DNA of 64,000 nt. Source: Mobula hypostoma. Lineage: Eukaryota. Shown here one piece after another: positions 49,069-61,344 of this stretch. The stretch is taken from contig NC_086098.1 of the NCBI RefSeq assembly GCF_963921235.1, forward strand, positions 1,798,001-1,862,000, in the 5' to 3' direction. Position numbers and translations under genes: made by a program. The stretch's first letter is position 1. Every line of letters begins with the position of its first letter. The notes below the pieces were generated by a model. The model ran no database searches and was not told the DNA's origin. It saw only the letters and a program-made list of their open reading frames with translations.

Positions 49069-51040
49069 AACCTGAACTGGAAGAGAACCAATATCCTGAT
49101 GAGAAGGTTTGATAATGCTGCATGGTGGGTTTAAACTAGAGTTGCAGGAGGGTGGGAAGCAGAGTGCGGAACACTTAGTGCAGATGTCGGTAAGACCTCA
49201 GATTAGTAAGGAATCAAAAGGTTGAGCATGGTGTGACAAAATCAGAAAGGGTGAATATAGGACTGAAGGTGTTGTATTTGAATGTGCACAATATACGGAA
49301 TAAGGTAAATGAACTTGCAGCACAGTTGTAGGTTAGCAGGCATCACAGAATCATGGCTGAAAGGATAAAGGAGAGGCAGTGGATGTCATTTGCTTGGATT
49401 TTCAGAAGGCATTTGATAAAGTGCCACAGATGAGGCTGCTTAACAAGATAAAATTCTATGGCATAACAGGAAAGATACCGGCAAGAATAGCAGAATGACT
49501 GACAGGCAGGAGGCGGTCAGTGGGAATAAAAGAGGCCTTTTCTGGTGGGCTTCCAGAGACTAGTGGTGTTCCTCAAGGGTCAGCATTGCGACTGCTGCTT
49601 TTCACATTGTTTGTCAATGATTTAGATAATGGAATTGATGGCTTTGTGGCAAAGTTTGTGGATGGTACGAAGATAGGTGGAGGAAGAAATAGGGTGGATG
49701 TGGCGGGGGTATTCTGAGGAAGAAATACAATTGCAGCAGGACCTAGAAAAACTGGAAGAATGGGCAAATAAATGGCAAATGGACGATAGTGTTGGGAAAT
49801 ATATGATAAGATATTTTGGTAAAAGGAACGATAGTGTGGACTATTATCTAAATGGGGAGAAGATTCAAACAGCACAGGTGCAGATGGATTTAGGACAGGA
49901 CAGGACTCCCAGAAGGTTAATTTACAGTGGCAAAGAAGGCAAATACAATGTTGGTATTTATTTCAAGGGGAATAGAATATAAAAGCGAGGAGATGATGCT
50001 GAGCCTTTAAATGACACTAGTCAGATTGCACTTAGAGTATTGTCAACAATTTTGGGCCCCATATCTCAGAGAGGATGCGTTGTCATTGGAGAGAGTCCAC
50101 GAAGTGTCTCCAGGATGATTCCAGGAATGAAAGGGTTAACATATGAGTGTTTGGCAGCTTTGGGCCTGTACTTACTGGAATTTAGAAGAATGAATGGGGA
50201 TCTCTTTGAAACTTACCAAATGGTAAAAGGACGAGACAGGGTGGATGTGGAGAGGATGTTTCCTCTGGTGGGGGTATCCTGAATTAGAGAACACAGCCTT
50301 AAGATTGTGGGTGACCTTTCCTGAGGAGGAATTTGTTAGCCAGTGAGAAGTGAATCTGTCCAATGCTCTGCCACAGACTGCAATGGAGGTCAACTGCATC
50401 GGTATATTTAAGGCAGAATTTGATCATTTCCTGGTCAGGGCATCAAAGTATACGGCGAGAAGGCAGGAGTATGGGGTTGAGTGGGATTCTGGATCAGCCA
50501 TGACAGAATGGTGGAGCAGACTCGATGGGCTGAATGGTCTTATTCTGCTCCTGTGTCTAATGGTCTTATGGTGTTGTTATAGCTGGGAGTTTAATGTTGA
50601 AGGATACACATTGTATTGAAAGGATAGGCAGGAAGACAGAGGAGTGGTGTTGCTCTGTTGGTAAAAAAAATGAAATCAAAGGATTAAAAACAGATGACAT
50701 AGGGTCGGAAGGTGTTGAATCATTCTGTATAGAGCTGAGGAACTGCAAGGGTAAAAGGACCCTGATGGAAGTTATATACAGACTCCCTATCTGGCCTACA
50801 AATTGCAATAGGATACAGAAAATGCATGCCAAAAGGGCAATGTTACCATAGTCATGGTGGACTTCAATATGAAGGTAGAGGGAAAATCAGGCTGGTGCTA
50901 GATTACAGGAAGGGGTATTTCTAGAGTGCCTATGAGATGGTTTTTCAGAACAGCTTATGGTTGAGCCCACTAGGGGATCAACTATTCTGGATTAGGTGTT
51001 ACGATATGAACCAGGATTGATTAGAGAGCTTAAGGTAAAA
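49069..51040 (+). mobile_element. Degenerate CR1 fragments
   Basis: ORF1 end, RT pieces 49520-50282, 3'UTR near 50570, APE piece 50594-51040. Confidence 0.8.
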
Positions 51041-51044
51041 GTAA

Positions 51045-51892
51045 ATGGAGCCGCAGCAACAACCTGACACTCAACGTCAGTAAAACGAAAGAGCTGATTG
51101 GGGACTTCAGGAAGGGTAAGACAAAGGAACACATACCAATCCTCATAGAGGGATCAGAAGTGGAGATAGTGAGCATTTTCAAGTTGCTGCGTGTCAAGAT
51201 CTCTAAGGACCTAACCTGGTCCCAACATATCGATGTAGTTATAAAGAAGGCAAGACAGCGGCTATGCTTTATTAAGAGTTTGAAGAGATTTGGCATGTCA
51301 ACAAATATACTCAAAAACTTCTATAATTGTACTGTGGAGAGCATTCTGACAGGCTGCATCACTGTCTGGTACGGAGGGGCCACTGCGCAGAACTGAAAGA
51401 AGCTGCAGAAGGTTGTAAATCTAGTCAGCTCCATCTTGGGCACTAGCCTACAAAGTACCCAGGGCATCTTTAGGGAGCGGTGTCTCAGAAAGGCAGTGTC
51501 CATTATTAAGGACCTCAAGCACCCAGGGCATGTCCTTTTCTCACTGTTAACATCAGGCGGGAGGTACAGAAGCCTGAAGGCACACACTCAGTGATTCAGG
51601 AACAGATTCTTGCCCTCTGCCATCCAATTCCTGAATGGACATTGAAGCTTTGGACACTACCTCACTTTTTAAATATACAGTATTTCTGTTTTTGCACATT
51701 TTTAAATAATCTATTCAATATATGTAATTTACTTGTTTATTTATTATTGTGTTTTATTTTAATTATTGTTACTATTCTTCTCTCTCTCCCTCTCTCTCTC
51801 TCTCTGCTAGATTATGTACTACATTGAACTGCTGCTGCTAAGTTAACAGATTTCACGTCACAAGCCGGTGATAATAAACCTGATTCTGATTC
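51045..51892 (+). mobile_element. Rex1/Babar-type LINE 3' portion
   Basis: KKARQRLCFIKSLKRFG...[19 protein letters not shown]; 3'UTR with aataaacctgattctgatt tail. Confidence 0.88.
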
Positions 51893-51974
51893 AAATTCAT
51901 TCAGGGCAAATGATCATAATATAATTGAATTCACCTTGAAATTTAAGAAGGAGAACCTAAAGTTAGATGTATGT

Positions 51975-54160
51975 TCCATTGGGGCAGGGAAAGGATGACA
52001 GGGTAAAAGAACCACGATGTAGAAAAACTAGTTCACAAGAAAAGAAAAGCTTATGGAAGGTTCAAGAAACTAGATACTGTTAGAGCTCGAGAAAATCACA
52101 GGGGTGCCGGGAAGAAGCTCAAGAATGAAATCAGGAGAGCTAGGAGGGGCACGAGAAGGCCTTGGCGAGCAGGATTAAAGAAAACCCCAAGGCATTCTAC
52201 AAGTATGTGCAGAGCAAGAGGATGAGCCGTGTGAGAATAGGACCAGTCAGGTGTGATAGTGGAAACGTGTGCATGGAGTTGGAGGAGGTAGCAAAGGTAC
52301 TGATTGAATGCTTTGCTTCAGTATTCACCAGGGAAAAGGACCTTGACAACTTTGCGGATGACTTCCAGCAGACTGAAACGCTTGAGTGTATAGACATTAA
52401 GAAAGAGGATGTGCTGGAGCTTTTGGAAAGCATCAAGTTGGATAAGTCTCCGGAACCGGATGAGATGTACCCCAGACTACTGTGGGAGGTGAGGGAGGAG
52501 ATTTGCTGAGCCTCTGGTGATGATCTTTCCATCTTCAATAGGGATGTGAGAAGTATCAGAGGTTCAGAAGGTTGTAAATGTTATTCTCCTGTTCAAGAAA
52601 GAGTGTAGAGAGAACCAGGAAATTATAGACCAGCACATCTTACTTGTAAGTTGTTGGAGAAGATCCTGAGAGTCAGGATTTATGAGCATTTGTGAGACAA
52701 AATCTGTTTAGGCATAGTTAGTATGGCTTTATCAAGGGCAGGTTTTGCCTTATGAGTCTAATTGAATTCTTTGAGGAGGTAATATCCCTATAAATCTCCT
52801 CTGCATTCTCTCTATGGTATCCTGATCTGGGTTGAACTCCATCTGCCACTTCTTACCCCAGTTCTGTATCCTATTGATGTCCTGTTTTCACCTCTGACTC
52901 TCCAGACTATCCACAACATCCCCAACTTATGTGTCCTCTTACTAACACACCCTTCAACTTCCTCATCCAAATCATTTATAATAATTGTAGGTGTATATGG
53001 ATTTCAACAAGGCATTTGATGATGTTTCCCATGCAAGGCTCATTCTGAAAGTTATGAGGCATGAGATCCAAGGAGACCTTGCTTTGTGGATCCAGAAGTG
53101 GCTTCGGGGGATTGAAGAGTTGAGGATGTTGTTCCATTATTCAAGAAGGAGAGTAAAGATAGCCCAGGAAATTATAGACCAGTGAGTCTTACTTCAGTAG
53201 TTAGTAAGCTGATGGAGAAGATCCTGAGAGGCAGGATTTATGAACATTTGGAGAGGCATAATATGATTAGGAATAGTCAGCATGGCTTTGTCAAGGTTAG
53301 GTGCCTTACGAGCCTGATTGAATTTTTTGAGGATGTGACTAAACATATTGATGAAGGTAGAGCAGTAGATGTAGTGGGCAAGGCATTTGATAAGGTACCC
53401 CATAGAAGGCTTATTGAGACAATAAGGAGGCATGGGATCCAAGGGGACATTGCTTTGTGGATCCAGAGCTGGATTGCCCACAGAAGATAAAGAGTGGTTG
53501 CAGGAGGCCGGTGACCAGTAGTTTGCTTCAGGGATCTGTTCTGGGACCCCCACTCTTCATGATTTTTATAAATGACCTGGATGAGGAAGTGGAGGATGGG
53601 TTAGTAAATCTGCTGATGACACAAAGGTTGGGGGTGCTGTAGATAGTGTAGAGGGCTGTCAGAGGTTACAGCGGGACACCAATAGGATGCAAAACTGGGC
53701 TGAGAAGTGGTAGATTGTGTGAACCCAGATAAATATGAGGTGTGAGGTGGCTCATTTTGGTAGATCAAACATGATGGCAGAATGTAGTATTCATGGTAAG
53801 ACTCCTGGCAGTGTAGAAGATTAGAGGGATCTTGGGGTCTGAGTCCATAAGACATCCAAAGTTATTGCACAGGTTGACTCTGTAATTAAGAAAGCATATG
53901 GTGCATTGGCTTTCATCAATCGTGGGATTGAGTTTGAGCCGAGAGGTAATATTGCAGTTATATAGGACCCTGGTCAGACCCCACTTGGAGTACTGTGCTC
54001 AGTTCTGGTCGCCTCTCTACAGGAATGATGTGGAAATCACAGAAAGGGTGTGGAGGAGATTTACAAGGATGTTGCCTGGATTGGGGTCATGTCTGATGAG
54101 AAAAGGTTGAATGAACTCGGCCTTTTCTCCTTGAAGTGATGGAAGATGAGAGGTGACCTT
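51975..54160 (+). mobile_element. Rearranged degenerate CR1 ORF2 fragments
   Basis: ORFs 52162-52509, 53182-53490, 53457-53642 and 53898-54110; a short inverted CR1 piece lies at ~52785-52980. Confidence 0.82.
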
Positions 54161-55164
54161 TTTTTTGGATTGGGACAAGCAGAGCAGCGTGGGAGCTGAA
54201 TTCTGAAGGAAGGCAGTTTTTAAAAAAATTTCTTCAAGTGCAAGAAGGATGAGACTGCGCAGGCGCGTGACGTAACAGGACAGCACAGAGAGTTTAAAAA
54301 GGAGACCACCCTATACAGCGGGCAGCTGTCGGAGCGGGCAGCGGAGTGAGTGGTAGCAGAGTGTAGGGATTTGGCTTCAACGGGCTTCGGCGGTAACGGG
54401 AAGAGGCGAGAGCGAGGCACCAACTCTTTTTTTTCCCCCTTGGCGAATCGGCCCGGACAGACAGAAACAGCAGGTCTCTCACAGCTAACGGTACGAGCTA
54501 ATGGCTTAAAAAGTTCGTCTGTTTGGCGAGGTAAGTGGGTGAGTAGACTTATTTTTCCTTGTTTCATTCCTGTAGAATTAGATAGCATGCCTGCAGGGTT
54601 AGTGCTTTGTTCAAGGTGTCAGATGTGGGAATTCTGGGAGACCTCCAGCCTCCCTGATGGCCACATCTGCACCAGGTGCACCGAGTTACAGCTCCTCAGA
54701 GACCGTGTTAGGGATCTGGAGCTGCAGCTTGATGACCTACTGCTTATCAGGGAAAGTGAAGAGGTGATAGACAGGAGCTACAGGGAGGTAGTCATCCCTA
54801 GGCTACAGGGGTCAGAAAACTAGGTTACTGTCAGGAGAGGGAAGGAAAATGCCTGGATAGTGGAGAGCACACCTGTGGCTGTACCCCCCAGCAACAAATA
54901 TCTTGTTCTGGATGCTGTTGAGGGGGATGACCTGACTGGGGATGCCCACAGTGATCGGGTCTCTGGCACTGAGCCTGGCACTTTTGTGCAGGAGGGAAGG
55001 AGGGAGAAGAGGAATACGGTAGTCATAGGGGATTCCTTAGTCAGGAGAACGGACAGGAGATTTTGTGACCTGATAGAGATACCCGCATGGTGTGTTGCCT
55101 CCCAGGTGCCAGGGTACGGGATGTCTTGGATCAGCTCCAGAATATTCTGAAGGGAGAGGGCGAG

Positions 55165-55227
55165 CAGGCTCGAAGGGCCGAATGGCCTACTCCTGCACCT
55201 ATTTTCTATGTTTCTATGTTTCTATGT
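55165..55227 (+). mobile_element. About 60-bp 3' tip of the young CR1 family inserted in CR1 ORF1
   Basis: Identical to ~63757-63818 including the tttctatg tail. Confidence 0.9.
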
Positions 55228-55468
55228 TGGTACCAATGACATAGATAGGAGAAAGGAGGAGGTCCTGAAGAGAGATTTCCAGGAGTTAGGAAGGAAGCTG
55301 AGAAGCAGGACCTACAGGGTAGTAATCTCGGGATTGCTACCTGTGCCACGTGCTAGCGAGGGCAAGAATAGTAGGATCAGGCAGATGAATGCGTGGCTGA
55401 GAGACTGGTGCAGGGGGCAGGGCTTCAGATTCTTGGATCATTGGGATCTCTTCTGGGGGAAGTATGAC

Positions 55469-56426
55469 TGGGGCTTCACAGTCTCCCTTTCTCTTCACCA
55501 TTTACACCTCGGACTTCAACCACTGCACAGAGTCTTGTCATCTTCAGAAGTTTTCAGATGACTCTACCATAGTTGGATGCATCAGCAAGGGAGATGAGGC
55601 TGAGTACAGGGCTACGGTAGGAAACTTTGTCACATGGTGTGAGCAGAATTATCTGCAGCTTAATGTGAAAAAGACAAGGAGCTGGTGGTAGACCTGAGGA
55701 GAGCTAAGGTACCGGTGACCCCTGTTTCCATCCAGGGGGACAGTGTGGACATGGTGGAGGATTACAAATACCTGGGGATACGAATTGACAATAAACTGGA
55801 CTGGTCAAAGAACGCTGAAGCTGTCTACAAGAAGGGTCAGAGCCGTCTCTATTTCCTGAGGAGACTGAGGTCCTTTAACATCCACCGGATGATGCTGAGG
55901 ATGTTCTACGAGTCTGTGGTGGCCAGTGCTATCATGTTTGCTGTTGTGTGCTGGGGCAGCAGGCTGAGGGTAGCAGACACCAACAGAAGTAACAATCTCA
56001 TTCGTAAGGCCAGTGATGTTGTGGGGATGGAAATGGACTCTCTGACGGTGGTGTCTGAAAAGAGGATGCTGTCCAAGTTGCATGCCATCTTGGACAATGT
56101 CTCCCATCCACTACATAATGTACTGGGTGGGCACAGGAGTACATTCAGCCAGAGACTTGTTCCACCGAGATGCAACACAGAGCGTCATAGGAAGTCATTC
56201 CTGCCTGTGGCCATCAAACTTTACAACTTCTCCCTTGGAGGGTCAGATACCCTGAGCCAATAGGCTGGTCCCGGACTTATTTCATAATTTACTGGCATAA
56301 TTTACATATTACTATTTAACTATTTATGGTTCTATCACTATTTATTATTTATGGTGCAACTCCAACGAAAACCAATTTCCCCCGGGATCAATAAAGTATG
56401 ATTATGACTATGAAAGTGACTATGAC
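55469..56426 (+). mobile_element. Rex1/Babar-type LINE 3' part, (ATGACT)n tail
   Basis: SPFLFTIYTSDF...KFSDD; YKYLG...KKGQSRLYFLRRLRSF; tail gggatcaataaagtatgattatgactatg. Confidence 0.9.
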
Positions 56427-59400
56427 CTGTTCAAAATGGACAGGTTACACCTAAACCCAAAGGAGACCAATATCCTGGCGGGAAGGTTTAATAGAGCCAT
56501 TAGGGAGGGTTTAAACTAATTTGGCAGGGGGATGGGAACTGGAATGATAGAGTGGAGGAAGGGGAAAACAGAAATAAATCTAAGATAGTGAGCAGCAAAG
56601 ATGTCAGGAAAGACAGGCAGGTGATGGGGCAAATTTGTAGCCATTGGGATGAGTTGCAGTGCAATCAAAGCAAAAAGTACCAAATACTGGTCTTAAGGTG
56701 TTATACTTAAATGCACGCAGCATAAGGAATAAGGCGGATCATCCTGTCGTACAGCTACAGATTAGCAGGTATGATATTGTGGCCATCACTGAGACCTGGC
56801 TAAAGGATGCATGTCTCTAGGAGCTGAACGTCCAAGGATACACGGTGTATTGGAAGGATAGGAAGGTAGGCAGATGGGGAGGCATGGCTTTATTGGTAAG
56901 AAATGATATTAAATCATTAGAAAGAGGTGACATAGGATCGGAAGGTGCAGAATCTTTATGGGTTGAGCTGAGAAATTGCAGGGGTAAAAGGACCCTGATG
57001 GCAGTTATATACAGGCCTCCAAACAGCTGCAGAGATGTGGACTACAAGTTACAACAGGAAATAGAAAAGGCTTGTCAGAAGGGCAGTGTTATGATAATTG
57101 TGGGGGATTTTAACATGCGAGTGGATTGGGAAAATCGGTTCGGCACTGGATCTCAAGAGAGAGAATTTGTAGAATGTCTGCGAGATGGCTTTTTAGAACA
57201 GCTTGTTGTTAAGCCCACTAGAGGATCGGGTGTATTGGATTGGGTATTGTGTAATGAAGCGGAGGTGATTAGAGAGATTGAGGTGAAGGAACCCTTAGGA
57301 GGCAGTGATCATAACATGATTGAGTTCACTGTGAAATTAGAAAAAGAGAAGCCGAAATCTGATGTGTCGGTATTTCAGTGGAGTAAAGGAAATTACAGTG
57401 GCATGAGAGAGGAACTTGCCAAAGTTGACTGGAAAGGGATCCTGGCTGGAAAGACTGCAGAGCAGCAGTGGCTGGAGTTTATGTGAGAAGTGAGGAAGGT
57501 GCAAGACAGGTATATTCCAAAAAAGAAGAAAATTTCGAATAGAAAATGTATGCAACCATGGCTGACAAGAGAAATCAAAGCCAAAGTTAAAGCAAAGGAA
57601 AGGGCATACAAGGAATCAAAAATTAGTGGGAAGACTGAGAATTGGGAAGTTTTTAAAAGCTTACAAAAGGAAACTAAGAAGGTCATTAAGAGGGAAAAGA
57701 TTAACTATGAAAGGAAGCTAACAAATAATATCAAAGAGGATACTAAAAGCTTTTTCAAGTATGAAAAGAGTAAAAGACAGTTGAGAGTAGATATAGGACC
57801 GATAGAAAATGCTGCTGGAGAAATTGTAATGGGAGATAAGGAGATGGCGGAGGAATTGAACGAGTATTTTGCATCAGTCTTCACTGAGGAAGACATCAGC
57901 AGTATACTGGATACTCAAGGGTGGCAGGGAAGAGAAGTGTGCACAGTCACAATTACGACAGAGAAAGTACTCAGGAAACTGAATAGTCTAAAGGTAGATA
58001 AATCTCCCGGACCAGATGGAATGCACTCTCGTGTTCTGAAGGAAGTAGCTGTGGAGATTGCGGAAGCATTAGCGATGATCTTTCAAAAGTCAATAGATTC
58101 TGGCATGGTTCCGGAGGACTGGAAGATTGCAAATGTCACTCCGCTATTTAAGAAGGGAGGAAGGAAGCAAAAAGGAAATTATAGACCTGTTAGCTTGACA
58201 TCGGTGGTTGGGAAGTTATTGGAGTCGATTGTCAAGGATGAGGTTACAGAGCACCCAGAGTCATATGACAAAATAGGCAGAACTTGGCATGGTTTCCTTA
58301 AAGGAAAATCCTGCCTGACAAACCTATTACAATTTTTTGAGAAAATTACAAGTAGGCTAGATAAGGGAGATGTAGTGGATGTTGTATATTTGGATTTTCA
58401 GAAGGACTTTGACAAGGTGCCACACATGAGGCTGCTTAACAAGATAAGAGCCCATGGAATTACGGGAAAGTTACATACGTGGATAGAGCGTTGGCTGATT
58501 GGCAGGAAACAGAGAGTGGGAATAAAGGGATCCTATCCTGATTGGCTGCCAGTTACCAGTGGTGTTTCACAGGGGTTCGTGTTGTGGCAGCTTCTTTTTA
58601 CATTGTACATCAACGATTTGGATTATGGAATAGATGGCTTTGTGGCTAAGTTTGCTGATGATACGAAGATAGGTGGAGGGGCCGGTAGTGCTGAGGAAAC
58701 GGAGAGTCTGCAGGGAGACTTGGATAGATTGGAAGAATAGGCAGAGAAGTGGCAAATGAAATACAATGTTGGAAAGTGTATGGTTATACACTTTGGTAGA
58801 AGAAATAAACGGGCAGACTACTATTTAAATGGGGAGAGAATTCAAAGTTCTGAGATGCAACGAGACTTGGGAGTCCTCGTGCAGGATACCCTTAAAGTTA
58901 ACCTCCAGGTTGAGTCGGTGGTGAAGAAGGCGAATGCAATGTTGGCATTTATTTCTAGAGGAATAGAGTATAGGAGCAGGGATGTGATGTTGAGGCACTG
59001 GTGAGACCTCACTTGGAGTACTGTGGGCAGTTTTGGTCTCCTTATTTAAGAAAGGATGTGCTGATGTTGGAGAGGGTACAGAGAAGATTTATTAGAATGA
59101 TTCAAGGAATGAGAGGGTTAACATATGAGGAACGTTTGTCCGCTCTTGGACTGTATTCCTTGGAGTTTAGAAGAATGAGGGGAGACCTCATAGAAACATT
59201 TCGAATGTTGAAAGGCATGGACAGAGTGGATGTGGCAAAGTTGTTTCCCATGGTGGGAGAGTCTAGTATGAGAGGGCATGACTTGAAGATTGAAGGGCGC
59301 CCATTCAGAACAGAGATGTGAAGAAATTTTTTTAGCCAGATGGTGGTGAATCTGTGGAATTTGTTGCCATGGGTGGCAGTGGAGGTCAAGTCATTGGGTG

Positions 59401-59573
59401 TATTTAAGGCAGAGATTGATAGGTATCTGAGTAGCCAGGGCATCAAAGGTTATGGTGAGAAGGCGGGGGAGTGGGACTCAATGGGATAATGGATCAGCTC
59501 ATGATAAAATGGCGGAACAGACTCGATGGGCCAAATGGCCGAATTTTACTCTTTTGTCTTATGGTCTTATGGT

Positions 59574-61320
59574 AATTAAGAAGGTAAAGATAGAATACAA
59601 AAGTAAGCGTACTAATGACATTGAAGAAGATACCAAAAGTTTCTTCAGAGACACTAAGCGCAAAAGAAAGGCAAGAGGGGATATCAGACCGCTAGAAAGC
59701 AATGCTGGAGAGGGAGAAATAGGGACAACAAAATAGCAGATGAACAGCACAAGTGTTGGGGGCATGAAGTGTGTGAAGTTACCTTACCTAGAGTGAAGAT
59801 TCTTGGGATAATGAACGGTATGAAGGTCGGTAAGTCACCCGTTCCAGATAATGTACATGCCAGAGTTCTGAAGGAGGTGGTTGAAGAAATCGAGGAGGCA
59901 TTAGTAATAATCTTTCACAATAGTCTGGAATCATTCTGGAAGACTGGAAAATTGAAAATATCACTCCACTCTTCAAGAAGGGAGAGAGACAGAAGAAAGA
60001 AACTGTAGGCCAATTAGTCTGAACTCAGAAGTTGCATAGATGTTGGAGTTGATTATTAATGATGAGATAGGCTGTCATGATTAAATAGGTCATAGTCAAC
60101 AAGCTTTCCTCAGGGAAATTCTTGCCTGAGAAAGCTGTTGGAATTCTTTGAAGAAGTAACAAGCAGGATAGGCAACAGAGAATCAGCTGATGGTGTGTGC
60201 TTGGATTTTCAGAAGACCTCTGATAAGCTGCCACACATGAGGCTACTTAGCAAGCTGCAAGACCATGGTATGACAGGAAAGATTCTAGCTGGATAAAGGA
60301 AGGAAGGAAGGAAGGAAGGAAGGAACATTGACTCAGACCATGAGAGGCCTGCATTGGGCATTTTCATGCCTTACAAGGCACAGATTGGAAGTCTGTGTGG
60401 GGCGCCACTCCTCGTACAGACACGAGAGCAATGTGTGGTTAAGTGCCTTGCTCAAGGACACAAGCACGCTGCCACAACTGAGGCTCGAACTAGTGACCTT
60501 CAGATCACTAGACGAACGCCTTAACCACTTGGCCATATGCTAGATAAAGCAGAGGCTGATTGGCAGGAGGCAAAGAGTGGGGATAAAGGGAGCCTTTTCT
60601 GACTGGCTGTCAGTGACGAGTGGTGTTCCACAGGTATGTGTGTGTGTGTGTGTTGGGACCGATTCTTTTTATGATACATGTCAATGATTTGGATGATGGA
60701 ATTGATGGCTTTGTTGCAAAGTTTGCAGATGATATGCAGATAGGTGGAGGAGCAGTTAATTTTGAGGAAGTAGAGAGCCTATAGAAAGACTGAGACAGAT
60801 TATGAGAATGGCAAAGAAATGGCAGATGGACTACAGAGTTGGGAAGTGCTTGGTTATGTATTTTGGTTGAAGAAATGAAAGGGTTGACTATTCTCGAAAT
60901 GGATAGAAAATACAAAAACTGAGGTGTAACGGGGCTTGGGAGTCTGTGAGCAAGATTCCCAGAAGGTTAACTTACAGGTCGAGTCTGTGTTGAGGAAAAC
61001 AAATGCAATGTTAAGAGGATTCATTTCAAGAGGATGAGTGTATAAAAGCGAGGATGCAATGTTGAAATTTCTAAAGCACTCGTGAAGCCTCACTTGGGAG
61101 TATTGTGAGCAGGTTTGGGTCCCTTATCTTAGGAAAAATGTGCTGAAGCTGGAGAGAGTGCAAAGAAAGTCCATGAAAATGATTCCAGGACTGAATGGCT
61201 TGTCATATGAAGAGTGTCTAATGGCTCTCGGTCTGTATTCACTGGAATTCAGAAGAATGAGGAGTGACCTCATTGCAACCTATTGAAAGGTGAAAGGCCT
61301 TGATAGAGTGGATGTACAGA
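59574..61320 (+). mobile_element. Old degenerate CR1 ORF2
   Basis: Nucleotide similarity to CR1 RT throughout (gcaaagtttgcagatgat, ggaattcagaagaatgagg). Confidence 0.8.
60299..60538 (-). mobile_element. tRNA-derived SINE with (TTCC)n tail
   Basis: A box TGGCCAAGTGG and B box GTTCGAGCC on the minus strand; TSD GCT(G/A)GATAAAG at 60288-98 and 60539-49. Confidence 0.9.
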
Positions 61321-61344
61321 AGTACCTAAAAAGTGTCCACTAAG

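Larger units (their letters stand above)
54170..59573 (+). mobile_element. Essentially full-length CR1 (5'UTR, ORF1 zinc finger/coiled coil/esterase, ORF2 APE-RT, 3'UTR), inactivated
   Basis: CpG-containing 5'UTR; ORF1 from ATG 54587 (CSRC...CTRC, VIGDS, GTND, DRLHLN); ORF2 56845-57486, 57490-58740, 58756-59321; (CTTATGGT)n tail. Confidence 0.92.
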
